Shown one piece after another: positions 37,290-51,059 of a DNA stretch of 64,000 bases; position 1 is the stretch's first letter; every line of letters begins with the position of its first letter. A program made the position numbers and the translations under genes. Below the pieces are notes generated by a model. That model saw only the letters and a list, made by a program, of their open reading frames with translations. It was not told where the DNA came from and did not search any database. The DNA is from Camelus dromedarius. Its lineage: Eukaryota. The DNA lies in the NCBI RefSeq assembly GCF_036321535.1, contig NC_087436.1:41232001-41296000 (forward strand). Reading direction: 5' to 3'.

Positions 37290-38690
37290 AAAATATCAAA
37301 CTTTAAGTCAAAAACAGTAACAGATAATTAGGTCATTATATAATAATAAAAGGGTCTATCTATCAAGAAGACATAACAGTCATATACATATATATATATA
37401 CATACACACACACACAAAATATCAGAGCACTTAAATGTATTAAGTAAATACTAACAGATATAAAGGGAGAAATAGACAATACAATAATAGTAGGTAACTT
37501 TAACACCTCACTTTCAAGAATGAATACATTATCCAGACAGAAAAACAAGGAAACAACAGACTTGAACCATGTATTAGGCTAAACGGAACTAACAAATAAC
37601 TATGGAATATTCTATCCAACAACAGCAGAACGCACATTCTTCTCAAGTGCATATAGAATATTCTCAAATACAGATCTTATGATAAAACACAAAACAAATA
37701 TTAGCAAATTTAAGAAGATTAAAATCATACCAAGTGTCTTTTGTGACCACAGTGTAGATGTGGTCACAAAAGATGAGACCAGAAATCAACAACATAACAA
37801 AAGCTGAAAAATCTACAAATATGTGAAAACTAAGCAACACACTTCTGAACAACCAATGAGTCAAGAAAGAAATCAAATCAAAGAGAAATCAAAGAATATC
37901 TTGAAACCAATGAAAATGTAAACAATATACCAAGACCTGTGGAATGTTGAAAAAGCAGTTTTGAGAGGGAAGTTCACTTACTATGGAGAACAATAAGGGA
38001 AGTTCCTTAAAAAATTTAAAATAGAACTACTATATGATCCAATAACCCCTATATATCTAAAGGAAATGAAAACAGATTATTTCAAAGATATATGCATCTC
38101 ATGTTTATTGTAGCATTATTCACAGCAGTCAAGGTAAGGAAACAACCTGAGTTCATCAATGAACGAAGAGATAAAGAATATGTGTTAATAGACACACACA
38201 CACACACACACACAATTCAGCCACGAGAAAAAAGGAAATCCTGCCATTTGTGACAATATAGACAGACCTTGATGACACTGGCCTAAGTGAGATAAATCAG
38301 ACAGAGAAAGACAAGTACTGTTATGATATCTCACATGTGGAATTAAAAACAAATGAACTTGAAAAAACAGAGTAAACAGCGGTAAGAGAATAAGAAAAAT
38401 GTTTAAAGGTACAGACTAGCAACCACTTGATTACCAGATAAATAAGTCCTGGATATCTAATACACAGTATAGTTATTATAGACAATAAAACTATTATAAA
38501 CACTAAACTTGCTAGGAGGTTAGATCTCAAATGTTTCCATCATTAGAAGAAATGATTGTGTAACATGACATAAATGTTAGCTAATGCTACAGTGGCCGTC
38601 ATGTTGCAATATAAATATGCCAAATCAATGTCATACTGCTTAAACTTAAGCAATATTATATGTTATCTCAAAAATAAATTGATTTAAAAA
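37290..38690 (+). mobile_element. LINE-1 with endonuclease domain fused to 3' end (large internal deletion near 37976)
   Basis: EN region: aatacaataatagtaggtaactttaacacctcactttca, cacattcttctcaagtgcacat-like, gaccaca; after gagagggaagttca it jumps to actatggagaacaat...aaaatagaactactatatgatcca; 3' UTR ends near 38680. Confidence 0.9.
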
Positions 38691-41082
38691 TTACTAGACA
38701 GGGGAGTAAAGGGACTTTAGCTGAGCCAAAGAATAGGAGAAAGACACTACAGTCGCTAAAATAAAAAACTAAACAATATGTATGACATGAAAGTAATTAT
38801 GCATGTGTGTAAAATGTCATTCCTGTGTATATTTGTATATGTAATTTTCCAATGGTTACTATGCTATTAAATTTAAATAACATAAAAAATCACTTTAAAA
38901 CAATTAAAACTGTGGAACTAGTTGACATTACTATGATAATGATTTCAATAACAATATTTTACTTCAATAATTTCATAACTATTATTCATAAGATAGACTG
39001 AGTTTTCTATTGGAATAGACAAAGTTTAATGTCAAATTTGTTCTGTAATTTAAAATATTTTGTGAAATAAACCAAGTAAATAATGAGAATAGTGTTTTGA
39101 ATTGTCAAATAACTCACAAAGAAAATTACTCTTCCTTGCTGGCAGTGAGGACTATTATTCCAAGTGTATGAACTGTTTTTGTTCAAAAGTGTTCATTTCA
39201 CTGTTCTTTAACATCTTCGAAGAGTTATTATCACTCAGGAATAGTTACTTTCAGAAATAATATTAACTTGATAAAATTTTCAACTCTTTCTTTTAAGTGT
39301 GGAGTATAATATCTATGTCAGAAATAACTGATTAAGTGAGGTTATATTATTCTGCAGAAGAAATACATACATGGCAATGAATATTCTCAAAAGATTGAAG
39401 TAGTGTAATTATTATGTATGCTTGTGAAGGAAGAATATGAGAAGGATAAAGAATAATGTTGAAATATAACCCTTTTAGCCCTCAAAGTGGTATTTTTAAA
39501 ACAGACCAGAAAAGAATAATTGTCCTTTTAAAACATATCATTTGCAGTGATAGTCATGATTATATTTATCATAATAATAGGGTGTTTGAGCCTTCCTTTA
39601 AAAAAATATTCTTTGGTACAAAAGGGAAACTAGCTTAAACACACTATCTTGCAGTCTGCTGAGACTTCATATTCCATATGAAGAATATTCCACATGATAA
39701 TTCATTACTGGAAATATTAATGTTTATATTTTCAATTATTTTTACTTAATTAAAAGTTACTTTAAAACTATTTTGTCTTAAACAAGCATGGCTGTAATCA
39801 ATTGTGCAGATAAATATCTGTGACACATTTTTATTCCTTCTGAGGAGTTTACATATAGTATCATCTTTAATAATACTGGTTATAAAGTGGGATTTGGGGA
39901 ATATTGCAGGGGGTCGTTATCAAGTGCTTTATGACTTCCAAAATGATTTCATGAATAATACTAAACAGACTCTTTACTCCAACCCAAGGCATGAGATACT
40001 CTTCAATTTATTATTATTTACATTTGTTACTGATTTATTATAGAAAATACACTTACCCCATTTTTAGTGGTAATATTACAAAGCAAAAATCTAATTTCAC
40101 TCAAATGTGCATTAAATGCAGTAATATAAATGATTAAAATTGAAAATATTTGATGTTATATAATTTTTAAATATTTAAAATTTTTTATCTCATTCACCTA
40201 AAAAAGCACAAATACATACCATTTACTATGTGTTAAGCCATTATGATATGAAGACAATGATTCCTATACTAAATGATTTATTTGAAGACTTTAATGTCCA
40301 TGTTCATTCTTTTCTGATTACACTTAGAGTTGTTTTTGACTTCCTAACATCGATATATATGCTTTCCAGTGAAGGTTGTATATTTAAAATTAAATTCTAG
40401 CATAGTTTGACCTTTTATTTTGACATTCAGTCTTCTGCTATTGAAAAACATCTTGCTTGATGATTGCTTTACTAAGGACATGCCTCATGGATTTCCAGAT
40501 CACTTTTAATGTAGTGTTATTCTCTATTTAATCATTTCAAAACTATTAAAGATATCAGCGTAGTTCCTTAGATTACCATTAAAACTTTAAAATAGTTCAT
40601 TACTGCAATATCTTCACATTGCTCTATCTAGATAAACATTAAGCAACCATTAAATTAAGTTTTGCCCATTAGATGAATATAGAATATGCTTCAAAGGCAT
40701 AATTAATCTGCTCTCCAGAGTTCACAAAAATCCTTGCTTTAACTTTGATATTTCCTCTGTTTACTTTGTACTGCTTCCTGAACCATTTCTCTCTTACCAG
40801 TAACATTTATTACTCAATAATACAAATAATGGAATGTAAGAGAATTATGCTTTTCACTTTTAAGAACTTTAAAAATAAGCACAGATAAACAATATGTTTA
40901 CATTTCCAAAAGGCTTTTCCATTTGGCAAACTTTTTTTTTCAGTGAGTATTACTTTGTTTTATCTAGAGTAAATGATATTTTTCTACTTTTCTACTTTCT
41001 ACATAATTTTTCAATTATGTTCACAATGTATTCTAAATTCCAGGCTATTTCTATTACAGTTAGTATAAGAACAAGCCTGTTT

Positions 41083-41115
<33 letters not shown>

Positions 41116-41131
41116 TATTTGTTTGTTTGTT
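41083..41131. repeat. (TTG)n/(TTTG)n microsatellite
   Basis: Read directly. Confidence 0.9.
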
Positions 41132-41139
41132 TTCCCCAG

Positions 41140-41672
41140 GATAGTTCAGGAGAAACTGTTTCTCCCCTTGACATTCTGTACATATAGGCTGCCCAAGACA
41201 GCTTTACTGTTTCTCTCAGCTTTAGTAAACTCAAGACAGGCTTCTTCCTGGCTGTAAGTCTCTGACTTCCCTTTTCTCAAAGCATTTGTTTTAGAAAACG
41301 TGTAAATTATTTTTTATTCTCCTTTGAGATGCACATCTTATCCCAGCCTGTGCCAGATTTTTACAGCCCAGGGAATGTCATTCTTGTGGACCATCCCTCT
41401 GGACTATAATCCCACAGAGAATGGGAGGTAAGGGCACCAACTTCAAAAAGTGACGATTAGCAAACACAAATGGCCTAATCACATTGGCCAGCCTCCGCGG
41501 TAACATCTTCCAGTGTTTTTTACTAGCTTTTTACTAGCTCGCCACAGCTTTTAAAAATCTCCCCACCTTTTGTTTCAGCAGAGTTGAATTCACTCTCTCT
41601 TCCCTACTGTAACAGTCTCGAACAAAGTCGTCCTTGCCTGTTTAACTCGTCCAATGCAATATTTCTTTGCTA
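41140..41672 (+). mobile_element. MER31-like ERV1 solo LTR
   Basis: agacaggcttcttcctgg...cttcccttttctcaaagcatttgttttagaaaac; ttagcaaacacaaatggcctaatcacattg; gaacaaagtcgtccttgcctgtttaact. Confidence 0.75.
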
Positions 41673-41875
41673 GGGCTATATGAGATTTATATTTAATCCT
41701 GAAACGTAAGTATACAAGCCAAAATTTGAGATCACTTGATATGGGAGCCTAATAATAGATACAACAACACTAAATTTATTGAGTGCTTACTATATGAAAG
41801 ACATTCATTTGAATCAACTTGAATCATAAAAGACAACATGCATACATTTATCTCCCATAATTACCATGTTTTTAC

Positions 41876-42337
41876 TGTGAAATAAAAATTCATATTTTAC
41901 AGTAAGACAAAAATGTAAACATAAAAAAATGTTCTCTGTCCTTTGGCCCCCTTTCTCCTTTATACTGTGTACTGTGTATCCACATTATGCACTGAGCAAA
42001 ATTCTCCATCAGCAGAAATACCTATTCAAAAATAAAGACCAACATTCTCCTTGCACCAACAAGACAGCTCCTTAAAAGATAACATTCCTGCTTGATATTG
42101 TTAAGGGCTCATGTTTAACCCACTGCTTTGTACTTACAGATCTTAATTGTACAAACTATCTACATTTCATGTATAGCCCTCTGTCTCAAAACCTACGTAA
42201 CTGTGCTTTGACCTCTAACAGGAAGAACAGTTCTTGGAGCTTTCTGGGAGGCTGTTTCTGGGTTGTAATCCTCAATTTGGCTCAAATAAAGTTTTCCATT
42301 TCTTTTTCAGATCGACTGATGAATATTTTTGTTAGCA
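41876..42337 (+). mobile_element. ERV1-class solo LTR
   Basis: tgtgaaataaaaattc start, aactgtgctttgacctctaac, poly(A) signal ttggctcaaataaagttttccatttc, ends gttagca. Confidence 0.7.
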
Positions 42338-42869
42338 GAACAAATGCAATTATTTTCAGTATAGAAAAACAACAGGTACTGTTATTAAAAAGAAAACAGT
42401 TCTTATAAATGCTCTATTCTTGTCTAATTTCATTATTGCATTTCCCCCTTAAGTAGCACAAAACAGATAAGCTGCTACTTTTTAAATACTTATATCTTCT
42501 CATAAATGCCATTTCTACTATAGTAGGGGTTCCAACTCTAAAAATGAGATAATTAACTGGAATTCACAGTAAATCGTGTGACATGGTGGGTGACTAATGA
42601 GCAGAACACAGAAGCCACAAGGCCTTTTTTTTATGCCAGTGGGAGGAAATGGGGTTCTCTCATGTAAATGCAGTCTTATCGGTCTGCAGAAAAGGACTCA
42701 ACTCCTCTTGCCCTCTGGTCATTTCCTGGGTTTACTCATTCTCGTATTGACTCACTTCTCTAGAATTAGCTTCCAGGCTTCCCTAGCAAATAACTTTCAA
42801 TACTTTTCTTTCAACACCCTCTTTATCTTTCCACCATGGAAAACAAAATCCACTTTTATTTTATACCTT

Positions 42870-43484
42870 TGTTAGGCAGTTAAGATAGAAATGAGCACCG
42901 GGGAGTGGGGAGGAAGGGAAAAGGAGAAACTGTGAAAATAACAGCATGCCTATACTCAAGATAAGGGGCTCCAAAAATGTTTACTTTCTCTAAATGAGGG
43001 TCAGCAAAGAAGCTGGCTAGGATCCAACACTGCAGCTGCACAAAAGAGAAGGACCTAGCTCAACCTGACCCAATGCTCATTATAATATAAGTAATATTAC
43101 AGTCTGAGGCCCTTCTCATAGGTTTCTCTGTGTGCATCATGGGTAAGAACACTCCTAAAAGAGATGGGCGTGCCTGAGCACAAGGAACCTGAGCTGTCAA
43201 TCAGCCTGAGCACTCAAAGAACCTGAGCCGTGAATCAATCAGTCAGTCATGAAAACACCCTCTAAGCCAGGGTATAAAAACAGGAAAAACAAAGGAGCGG
43301 CACCATTTTTCCTCTCTTGGGTTGGTCCGCTCCCAATTCTCGGGAGTCTACTATATTTTACTACCTTTTAACTTTACTAGTAAAATCTCATTTATATCAC
43401 ACTTTCTGTCTCTTGTTAAAAATTCATTTTTTTTCAGGTGACTTAAGAACTGAGGTAACTCTTATTTCCCTCCTCCTGGTAACA
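42870..43484 (+). mobile_element. MER41-like ERV1 solo LTR, complete, with 4-bp TSD
   Basis: TGTTA...TAACA inverted termini, CCTT on both flanks (42866-42869, 43485-43488), TATAAAA at 43273-43279, AGTAAA at 43379-43384. Family name is from memory of artiodactyl MER41 5' ends. Confidence 0.85.
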
Positions 43485-44478
43485 CCTTGAGTCAATATAA
43501 TTTTTTTAAATGTCCTTTTTTTCTTAAAGATAGAAAGGCTGAAAGTTCCAATATTCCAGCAGGCAAGATGAAAGACCAATGCTTACCTTTCCCCCATCCA
43601 AATAATCAACACAAAAGCAAACCACAAAGTTAAGGTTTCCACATTAACCATATTAAAAATGACAGAAACATTCATATTCTGCAACACATGCATTATGTGG
43701 TGACAATTTTAAGCTGAACAGGAGATACAATATTTTATAATAATGATTAAGGCCCTTTGGTATTTTCTCATTTTGCTTTCCTCCTTTAAATAAGATTGAC
43801 ATGTACATCATTCCTAAATACACAGGAAGTTAAATTTGGAAATGTTGACTGTATTGTACATTTAGAATTTTTTAGATCTCAGGGATGTTTCTCCGCAATG
43901 CTAATGACACAAATTATTCATGTAACACTACATTTGCTTAAAACACACTCACAAACAAGTTTATAATATAAATTTCACTTACATACCTTGGAAAATTCTT
44001 GAGGGCTGGATTTGGTTCTATTTCTGGTTCAATCACCCATAGAGCCTAGAAAAAAATTGAAAGGAAACCTGAGATCTGCAAAATTCAGTAAGAATGAAAG
44101 TTTTCTGAAAAGTTGCATCTATTAATTACTTTGTTTTTATTCATCTCTCAAATTTATCCACACCTAAGCTCTTAACCTTAGTAAAATTTAACTTCTCTGA
44201 GTATAAATATTCTTTATTTAAATATTATAATATTTATATAAAGCATTATGAACACTGACTACAAAACAAATAGAATTTGATACACATGTCTAGCCAAGAG
44301 AAGAAAAAAAAAAAAACTGCAAACAAACAGAGCAATTAAACAACAAAGAGCACACTGCCAGGCTGGGTAGGGAAGCTGCCCTGCATTTGCCCCAATTAAG
44401 CCAGTGGAAAATGAAAAGCACCTGGAGGCCTATCAGGTTGCCATCATTCCTAGGCTGTAGTGAAATAGACACGAATAC

Positions 44479-44484
<6 letters not shown>

Positions 44485-44509
<25 letters not shown>

Positions 44510-44603
44510 AACATTTTTTATTGAGTTATAGTCATCCTACAATGTTGTGTCAAATTCCAGTGTAGAGCACAATCCCTCAGTTATACATAAATATACATAT
44601 ATT
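44485..44603 (-). mobile_element. Severely 5'-truncated young LINE-1 3' tip with TSD
   Basis: T-rich tail, then acattttttattgagttatagtca...caatgttgtgtcaaattccagtgtagagcacaa; aatacttttct at 44474-44484 and 44606-44616. Confidence 0.85.
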
Positions 44604-45130
44604 CAAATACTTTTCTAAATTAAAGATGTATCAAAGTACACCACCCCAAGTTTTCTAAAAATTATAATCTATGAAATAAAACCTTTCAAGAGAATTAGTG
44701 AACCTGTACTGGACTTGAAGAAATAAAGCAGAATGCATTGCAGAAATTTTTTTTAAAAAATAGGAAAAAGTGAAGTAGAGGGCAGAATGAGAAGTTCTAA
44801 CAAATGTCTAAATGGGTTCCTAGAAAAACATATATAGAAAAGAGAGTTAGAGAAACTATTAAGAGTTAGTGGTTAAGCTTTTTTTTTTTTAAAGAATGAA
44901 TGAAATAAAGGAATCAAAGAGAGAGAGCATAGCTGAGAAAAGAGAAAATTGTAGCAAAAAATGCAGACAAGTAGAAAGACAAAATGAAAATCTTAAAATT
45001 AGCGAGAGCAAACACACATTTGATCTGAACAATCAGTACACAACTTACTGTCTAAATTCAAGAAGGAAAATTATATTCAAGGAACAGAAAGTATTGGTCA
45101 AGTTAAAGTTTTGTACCAAGCCAAAATATC

Positions 45131-45340
45131 TGTGTTGGCTTTCTATTGATGCTGCAAAAAATTACCACAAATTTCGGAGCTTAAACAGTACAAATTAATT
45201 ATCTTACAGTTCTGTAGTTCAGAAGTGCAATATGGGCTTCACTGAACTAAAATTCAGGTGTCCAAAAGGGTGTGTTTCTTTCTGTAGACCCTAACAGAGA
45301 ATCCATTACATGGCCTTTTCCAACTTCTAGAGGCCACTGG
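45131..45340 (-). mobile_element. MLT1 (MaLR) LTR 3' portion
   Basis: ctattgatgctgcaaaaaattaccacaaattt...ttatcttacagttctgtagttcagaagt...ccttttccaacttctagaggcc. Confidence 0.85.
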
Positions 45341-45344
45341 TTTT

Positions 45345-46560
45345 CTTTCACTCACTTCCCTGGCTAAATTTATTCTGAGGGATTTTATTCTTTTTGACAA
45401 AATTGTAAATGAGATTGTTTTCCTAACTTCTGTTTCTGATGGTCTGTTATCAGTACATCGAAGTAAAACTGATTTTTGTACATTAATGTGATATTCTCCA
45501 AATTTCTGAATTTGCTTATTAGTTTTAACAGTTTTTTTGGTGGAGACTTTAGGGTTTTTTATATATAATATTTTGGTATCTGCAAATAGCAACTGTTTTA
45601 CTTCTTCCTTTTATGATTTGGATGCCCTTTATTTCTTTTTCTCATCTAATTGCTCTGGTTAGTACTTCCAATACTATTTTTAATAGAAGTGGCGAGAGTG
45701 AGCATTCTTGCCTTGTTCCTGATCTTAGAAGAAAAGCTTTTGGCTTTTCACCATTGAGTATGATGCTAGCAATGAGCTCATCATATATGGCCTTTAGTAT
45801 GTTGAGGTATGTTCCTTTATATCACTTTGTTGAGCGTTTTGTTTTTTTTAATCATAAATGGACCTTGAATTTTGTTCAACGCTTTTTCTTCATCTATTGA
45901 GATGACTGTATGATTTCTATCCTTCAATTTGTTAATGTGGTATATCACATTGATTGACTTATCACTGTTGAATCATCATGGTATCCCTGGAATAAATCCC
46001 AATTGATCATGATGTACAATCCCTTTATTTTATTGTTGAATTCAGTTTGCTAATATTTTGTTGAGGATATTTGCATCTCTTCAGGGCATTGGCTTGTAAT
46101 TTTCTTTTCTTGTGGTGTCCTTGTCTGGTTTCTGTCAGGGTAACACTGGCCGCATAAAATGATTTTGAAAGAGGGTTCCTTACTCTTCTTTTGGAAATGT
46201 TTGAGAAGTTAATATTAATTCCTCTTAAAATGTTTGGTAGAATTTACTAATGAAGCCACCTGGTCCTGAATTTTTCCTTGTTGGGAGGTTTCTGATTAGT
46301 AATTCACTCTCCTTACTAGTAACTTTTCTGTTTAAATTTTCTGTTTTTTCATAACCTGGTCTTGGTAAGTTAGATGTTTCTAGAAATGTATATACATTTC
46401 TAGCTTATCCAAATTTTTGGTGCACAATTGTTCATATTAGTCACTTACCCTTTGTAATTTTGCAGCATCACTTGTAATGTCATCTCTCATTTTTTATTTT
46501 ATTTATTTCAGTTCTCTCTCTTTTTTTCTTGGTAAGCCTAGCTTGAGGTTTGTCTACTTC
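45345..46560 (-). mobile_element. LINE-1 ORF2 reverse-transcriptase fragment
   Basis: ORF 45254-45592(-) LFADTKILYIKNPKVSTKK...YHINVQKSV is the degenerate L1 RT LFADDMILYIENPKDSTKK...YKINIQKSV. Confidence 0.9.
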
Positions 46561-46564
46561 ATTT

Positions 46565-47290
46565 ATATGGAGGTCTTCTTTAATTTCTCTTTGTGACATT
46601 TGGACCTCTTATTGTAAAGATTTTCTCTATATTTTATTATATGTAACCTTAATCATTTCCTGCTTTCGGATGTGATAGTGTATTGAAAGACTGTCTTTTT
46701 AAATTTTAGTTTGAAATCATTTGTTTACAGTATGGAAATATAATTATTTTTCTCTATTTTGACCTTATACTTTGTAGTCTTGTTAAATTCTGTTATTTCT
46801 AGAAGCTGTTTTGTGGAATATTAGAGATTTTCTACATACACAGTCATATGATCTGCTTAGGAAGAGAGTTTTATGTTTTCATTCCAACTCTACATGAAGG
46901 TGTTACTTTTTTTGCATTATTACCATTCTGGCTAGGATCTCAATAAATGATGTATGGCAGTGCTAAGTGTAAACATTTTTACTTTTTTTGATTTTAGAGA
47001 AATCATTCAGGCTATTCCTAGTATAATATTAACATTAAGAGATTTGTACATCTCCTTTATCAGCTTGAGATTTCATTTTATTCATAGTTTCAGCATCAAT
47101 AGGTATTAAATTGTGCCAAATAATTTTTATGAAACTACTGTGATAATCTTACTTCTTTCTAACAATTTTTTAACATGTTGAACTGCACTGATTACTTTTT
47201 AGATGTTAAACCAAACTGCATTTCTGATGCAACTCCAATTATCCATGTCATATATGCCTCTGATATATTGCTGGATTTAATTTACATCAT
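46565..47290 (-). mobile_element. Older LINE-1 ORF2 fragment
   Basis: gagattttctacatacacagtcatatgatctgc; ctggctaggatctcaataaatgatg; gatgttaaaccaaactgcatttctg. Confidence 0.65.
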
Positions 47291-50259
47291 ATCTTTCTAA
47301 ATGCTATTTGGTATCTCATAGGCAAGTTAATTCCTCTAGTTACAGCTTAGAGAATTAGCAACTGGTATCTTCCTTTGAAAATAGTTATAAAAGTTGGTAA
47401 AATGTACTTACTCATATAACTATTTTATTAATAGCTTTATTGGGATTATGTTGTAAGCCTCATGAAATCAGAATTTTAGCTGTTATCTAACTAATTTATT
47501 CTATGAACTGAATAAATAATCATAATTAAATGTGTCAAGTAAAAGAGTTAATTCATGAAGATTGAAACACTGAACTATATGACATAATAGTATACATTTG
47601 GCAGAAATGAGTAAGTCATTTTGCTTGCTATCAAATGTAGTACTTGGTAAGACTGGTTAATATCTACATCATGTATCTTATTCTCTATTACTCTGTGGAA
47701 TATTTGGATTATTTGGAGAATTATAAAAATTATTATTGATATGTAGAGCTCATTTTGTTAAAAAAGAAATGCATAGATAATATTATTAAACCCAGATTCA
47801 AGATTTTCTCTTCTACAATGAAAATAAATAACACTAAAGTTGCCTTTCATTTTCATATAGATTGCCTTAAAACTTAAAATTATAGCCATATTTTTAAAGT
47901 ACATAACTAATCACAAATTATTATGGTATGACAGAAGAACATCCAAAGATATACCATAATAAAATGTAAATTTAATACATAAACAAGTCAATTAAAAAGT
48001 CAAAATATAAGCCAATAAATAAATAATATTAAAATACTTGCTTTGGTAATAAACAGTGTATATAAATGTTACAGTCAATTCATTTCAATAAAATTAAATT
48101 TATACAATGTCATGAGTTTTCAGCTCATCTTCAAGTTAATATTTTGGTAGTAGTGATTTTAAAATATAGTCACTATATTTTAAAAAAATTCTTTGGTCTG
48201 GAGAACTGTAAAGTAAATCAATAAAGATCCTTTTTTTCACATTGTTAAGATGTTCAGTCAGTTGTGTTAATAAGAAATGATTAGAGTTCCATCTTCTATT
48301 ATTTTTAAAATCACAGTCAATAAAGCTAATCTTCATATATCCCGTGGTGATTCTAAACTAATGAAATTCATTTACAAAAGCAAAATTAATTTCATAGGTG
48401 AATAGAATGAGTATTTCCAGTCTGAGACTTTATGTATCAGAAAGAACACACAGGAAACACCTGTCTATCTGAAAGAAGCATTGGCACCTATGATGCATGG
48501 AAGTAAACTCTATGACATGTAAATATAGTGAGTACAGAAAACATTTATGAAACTTTTATGACAACATGTTTTCATGTTGTCAGCTACAGTTTGAATTTTA
48601 ATGCACGTGGACATCAGTCACTTGCTCTATTGAATAGATCCCTTATAACGTCTTTTTTTCTATATCAAAATATAACTTATGTTTATCTGCCCCCAACACC
48701 ACACCACAAAGGAAAACAGTGAATTGAATCTGTGCTATGTAAGAAATAGACACTCTTCTAAGGGAGAATTCTTTCCTTTTTTCTCCCTCATAAAAGGGGG
48801 ACAGAAATTTTGCTTGAACTATTTTGTACTAAACTTTTCAGTATAAAACAGTTTCTAGAATTTAATTGCAATATTGCTGATAGCATACTTAGATTTTAAT
48901 ATTTCATGTTGAAATAAAATAACTCATCACTAAATTCCAACTGGTAGAAACACAATAAAATAAACAAATTCCCTAATGAAAGTCACTAAGATAACATAGC
49001 TATGATTTAGTACAGGGACAAATTATTTTGTGAATATTCCAGAGCCTTAGGTTTTACTAATAATTATTCTTCTGATTTCATAGAAATATCGAAATATTTT
49101 GCAAATGTTTCTAGCATTGTAAAAGCAAACAATAGGTGAAATTTAATATGAAACTTGAGCATAGAGTATTTATTAAAAATAACAAAGAATAATTTAAACC
49201 AAGATTAATCAAACATTTGTGTGGCTAGGTTCAAGTATATGCAACATATATTCTTAATCATTAACACAAACTTAAATATAATTTGTAAATAATAGAATTA
49301 AGGATACTATTTCAAATTTATCTCCTACATAACAGTATTTCTTCACAATTTAATTGGTGTATATAAAATGTGAAATGCAATCTTTATTGGTAAAGAAACA
49401 TAAACTAAATTTATGATTAAATTCATACTCTTTCACTTTAATATAACAAAATACCAAAAAGCTTCAGCTAGGCTTCCGTTCATCCCCTGAAATCTATTCT
49501 GAGCCACTATTAATCGCTATAAACTTTTTAAAACACTTCATATAGACTTCATCTGGAGGCTCTCTTAGTGGACAAAATAATCTTTTTCAACCTTTCTTTT
49601 GATTTCTTATCATATTTTTAACTACTTCTACTGTTCTCATAAAATATATTTTTACTAATAGACTTCCATATTTTACTGTTTCAGATAGTTTTACTAAAAA
49701 TGTATTTCATTTTTAAAGATTTATTTTTCAAGAATAAAACCTTGGTAATACATCTTGGGACTTTATAATAAAACATTTAAATTGCTTATAAAACTTTTAT
49801 GAGAGTGTATAGGATTTTTTTAAAATGGCTCATTCTTTGTTCCTACAATTTAAAAAATTACCCTTATCTTACTATTTTATTAGAGTGTATTATGTGTATT
49901 ATCACTGCTTTGTCATATACCTATTTCTTCCAACTTCATAAGCATTCTGAGATTCATAAATGTTATTGTGTTGTTGTTCTTTGATATACCTTCGATATCA
50001 TTTAAAAATATTGTTGCATAACTATTTTTCCACTTTATGTTTGACGTTCTTCACTCAATGTTTTAAATATCAGTGTATCATATTGCTTGTGTTAAGCTCA
50101 TATTCCTATAACAGCAGATAGTAGCTCCATTCTTTGATTTTATTTTGTTTTTAAATGAGAGTATGATTTTTGGCTTACATGAATTTCTTCTTCAAAACAA
50201 TTACAAATGCTAACCATATACATGTGTTTGTATATGTCTGCTCATGTATGTAATTGTTT

Positions 50260-50370
50260 TCTCCCACCGGAATGCAAGCTCTATGAAGATAATGCACTTT
50301 GTTTTGTCAGTTCATCCATGATACCTGAGACAGTATCTGGCATTATGTGTATTTAATAGTGAATGACAAT
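50260..50370 (+). mobile_element. LINE-2 3' tip
   Basis: gaatgcaagctctatgaagat...acctgagacagtatctggca...gtgaatga. Confidence 0.55.
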
Positions 50371-51059
50371 GGTTTTACAAAACTTTTTCATAATACATGA
50401 ACCCGTTAATCATGTTTCAAAACCTATTCTTGGCAGCTTCCTATAAATTTTGCAAAAGCCTATCTCATTAATATATTTTAATATGTTAAAGAATTACACA
50501 ATTTTATATGGCATTTTATGGCATGGTTTGCCATATTTTCTTCCTTGAAAGTTTTATTTCAGAAAGACCAATATAATTTTTGGGGAGGTAGAGTTTATTG
50601 ATAGTATTATTCGTGCCAGTTTCCCCAACAATTGTGTTCTTTGATATAGTTAAAGCATTTAATCCAATTTCTTTAAACTGTCTGCTATATTGGGCACCAA
50701 GTCTTAAGATAAATAGTTCTGACTGAAGAAAATACGGACCCAATATTCACTGGTTAACTGTGTCTGCCTCTATTTTGTACTAGCAACCTTATCTCCACGT
50801 GACAATTATGGTCAAGTATTCCTGACAGCAAAATAACTTTTTCTTTATTTGCTCTGACAAATAGCACATTTCAGTGTGATTCCTATGCTGTTGCTGATAT
50901 GAGGAAATAAAATACTTACGTTCAATCAAATTAGAAAGCAACCTTCCATTTTTTGTAATTTTTATAGTTTCTTATTTCATGAAAATTCCCACTTTACATC
51001 ATTACATTTCCTGACATTTACTACTTCTCTTTTTTCTTTTTAACAAACCATTAATGACC

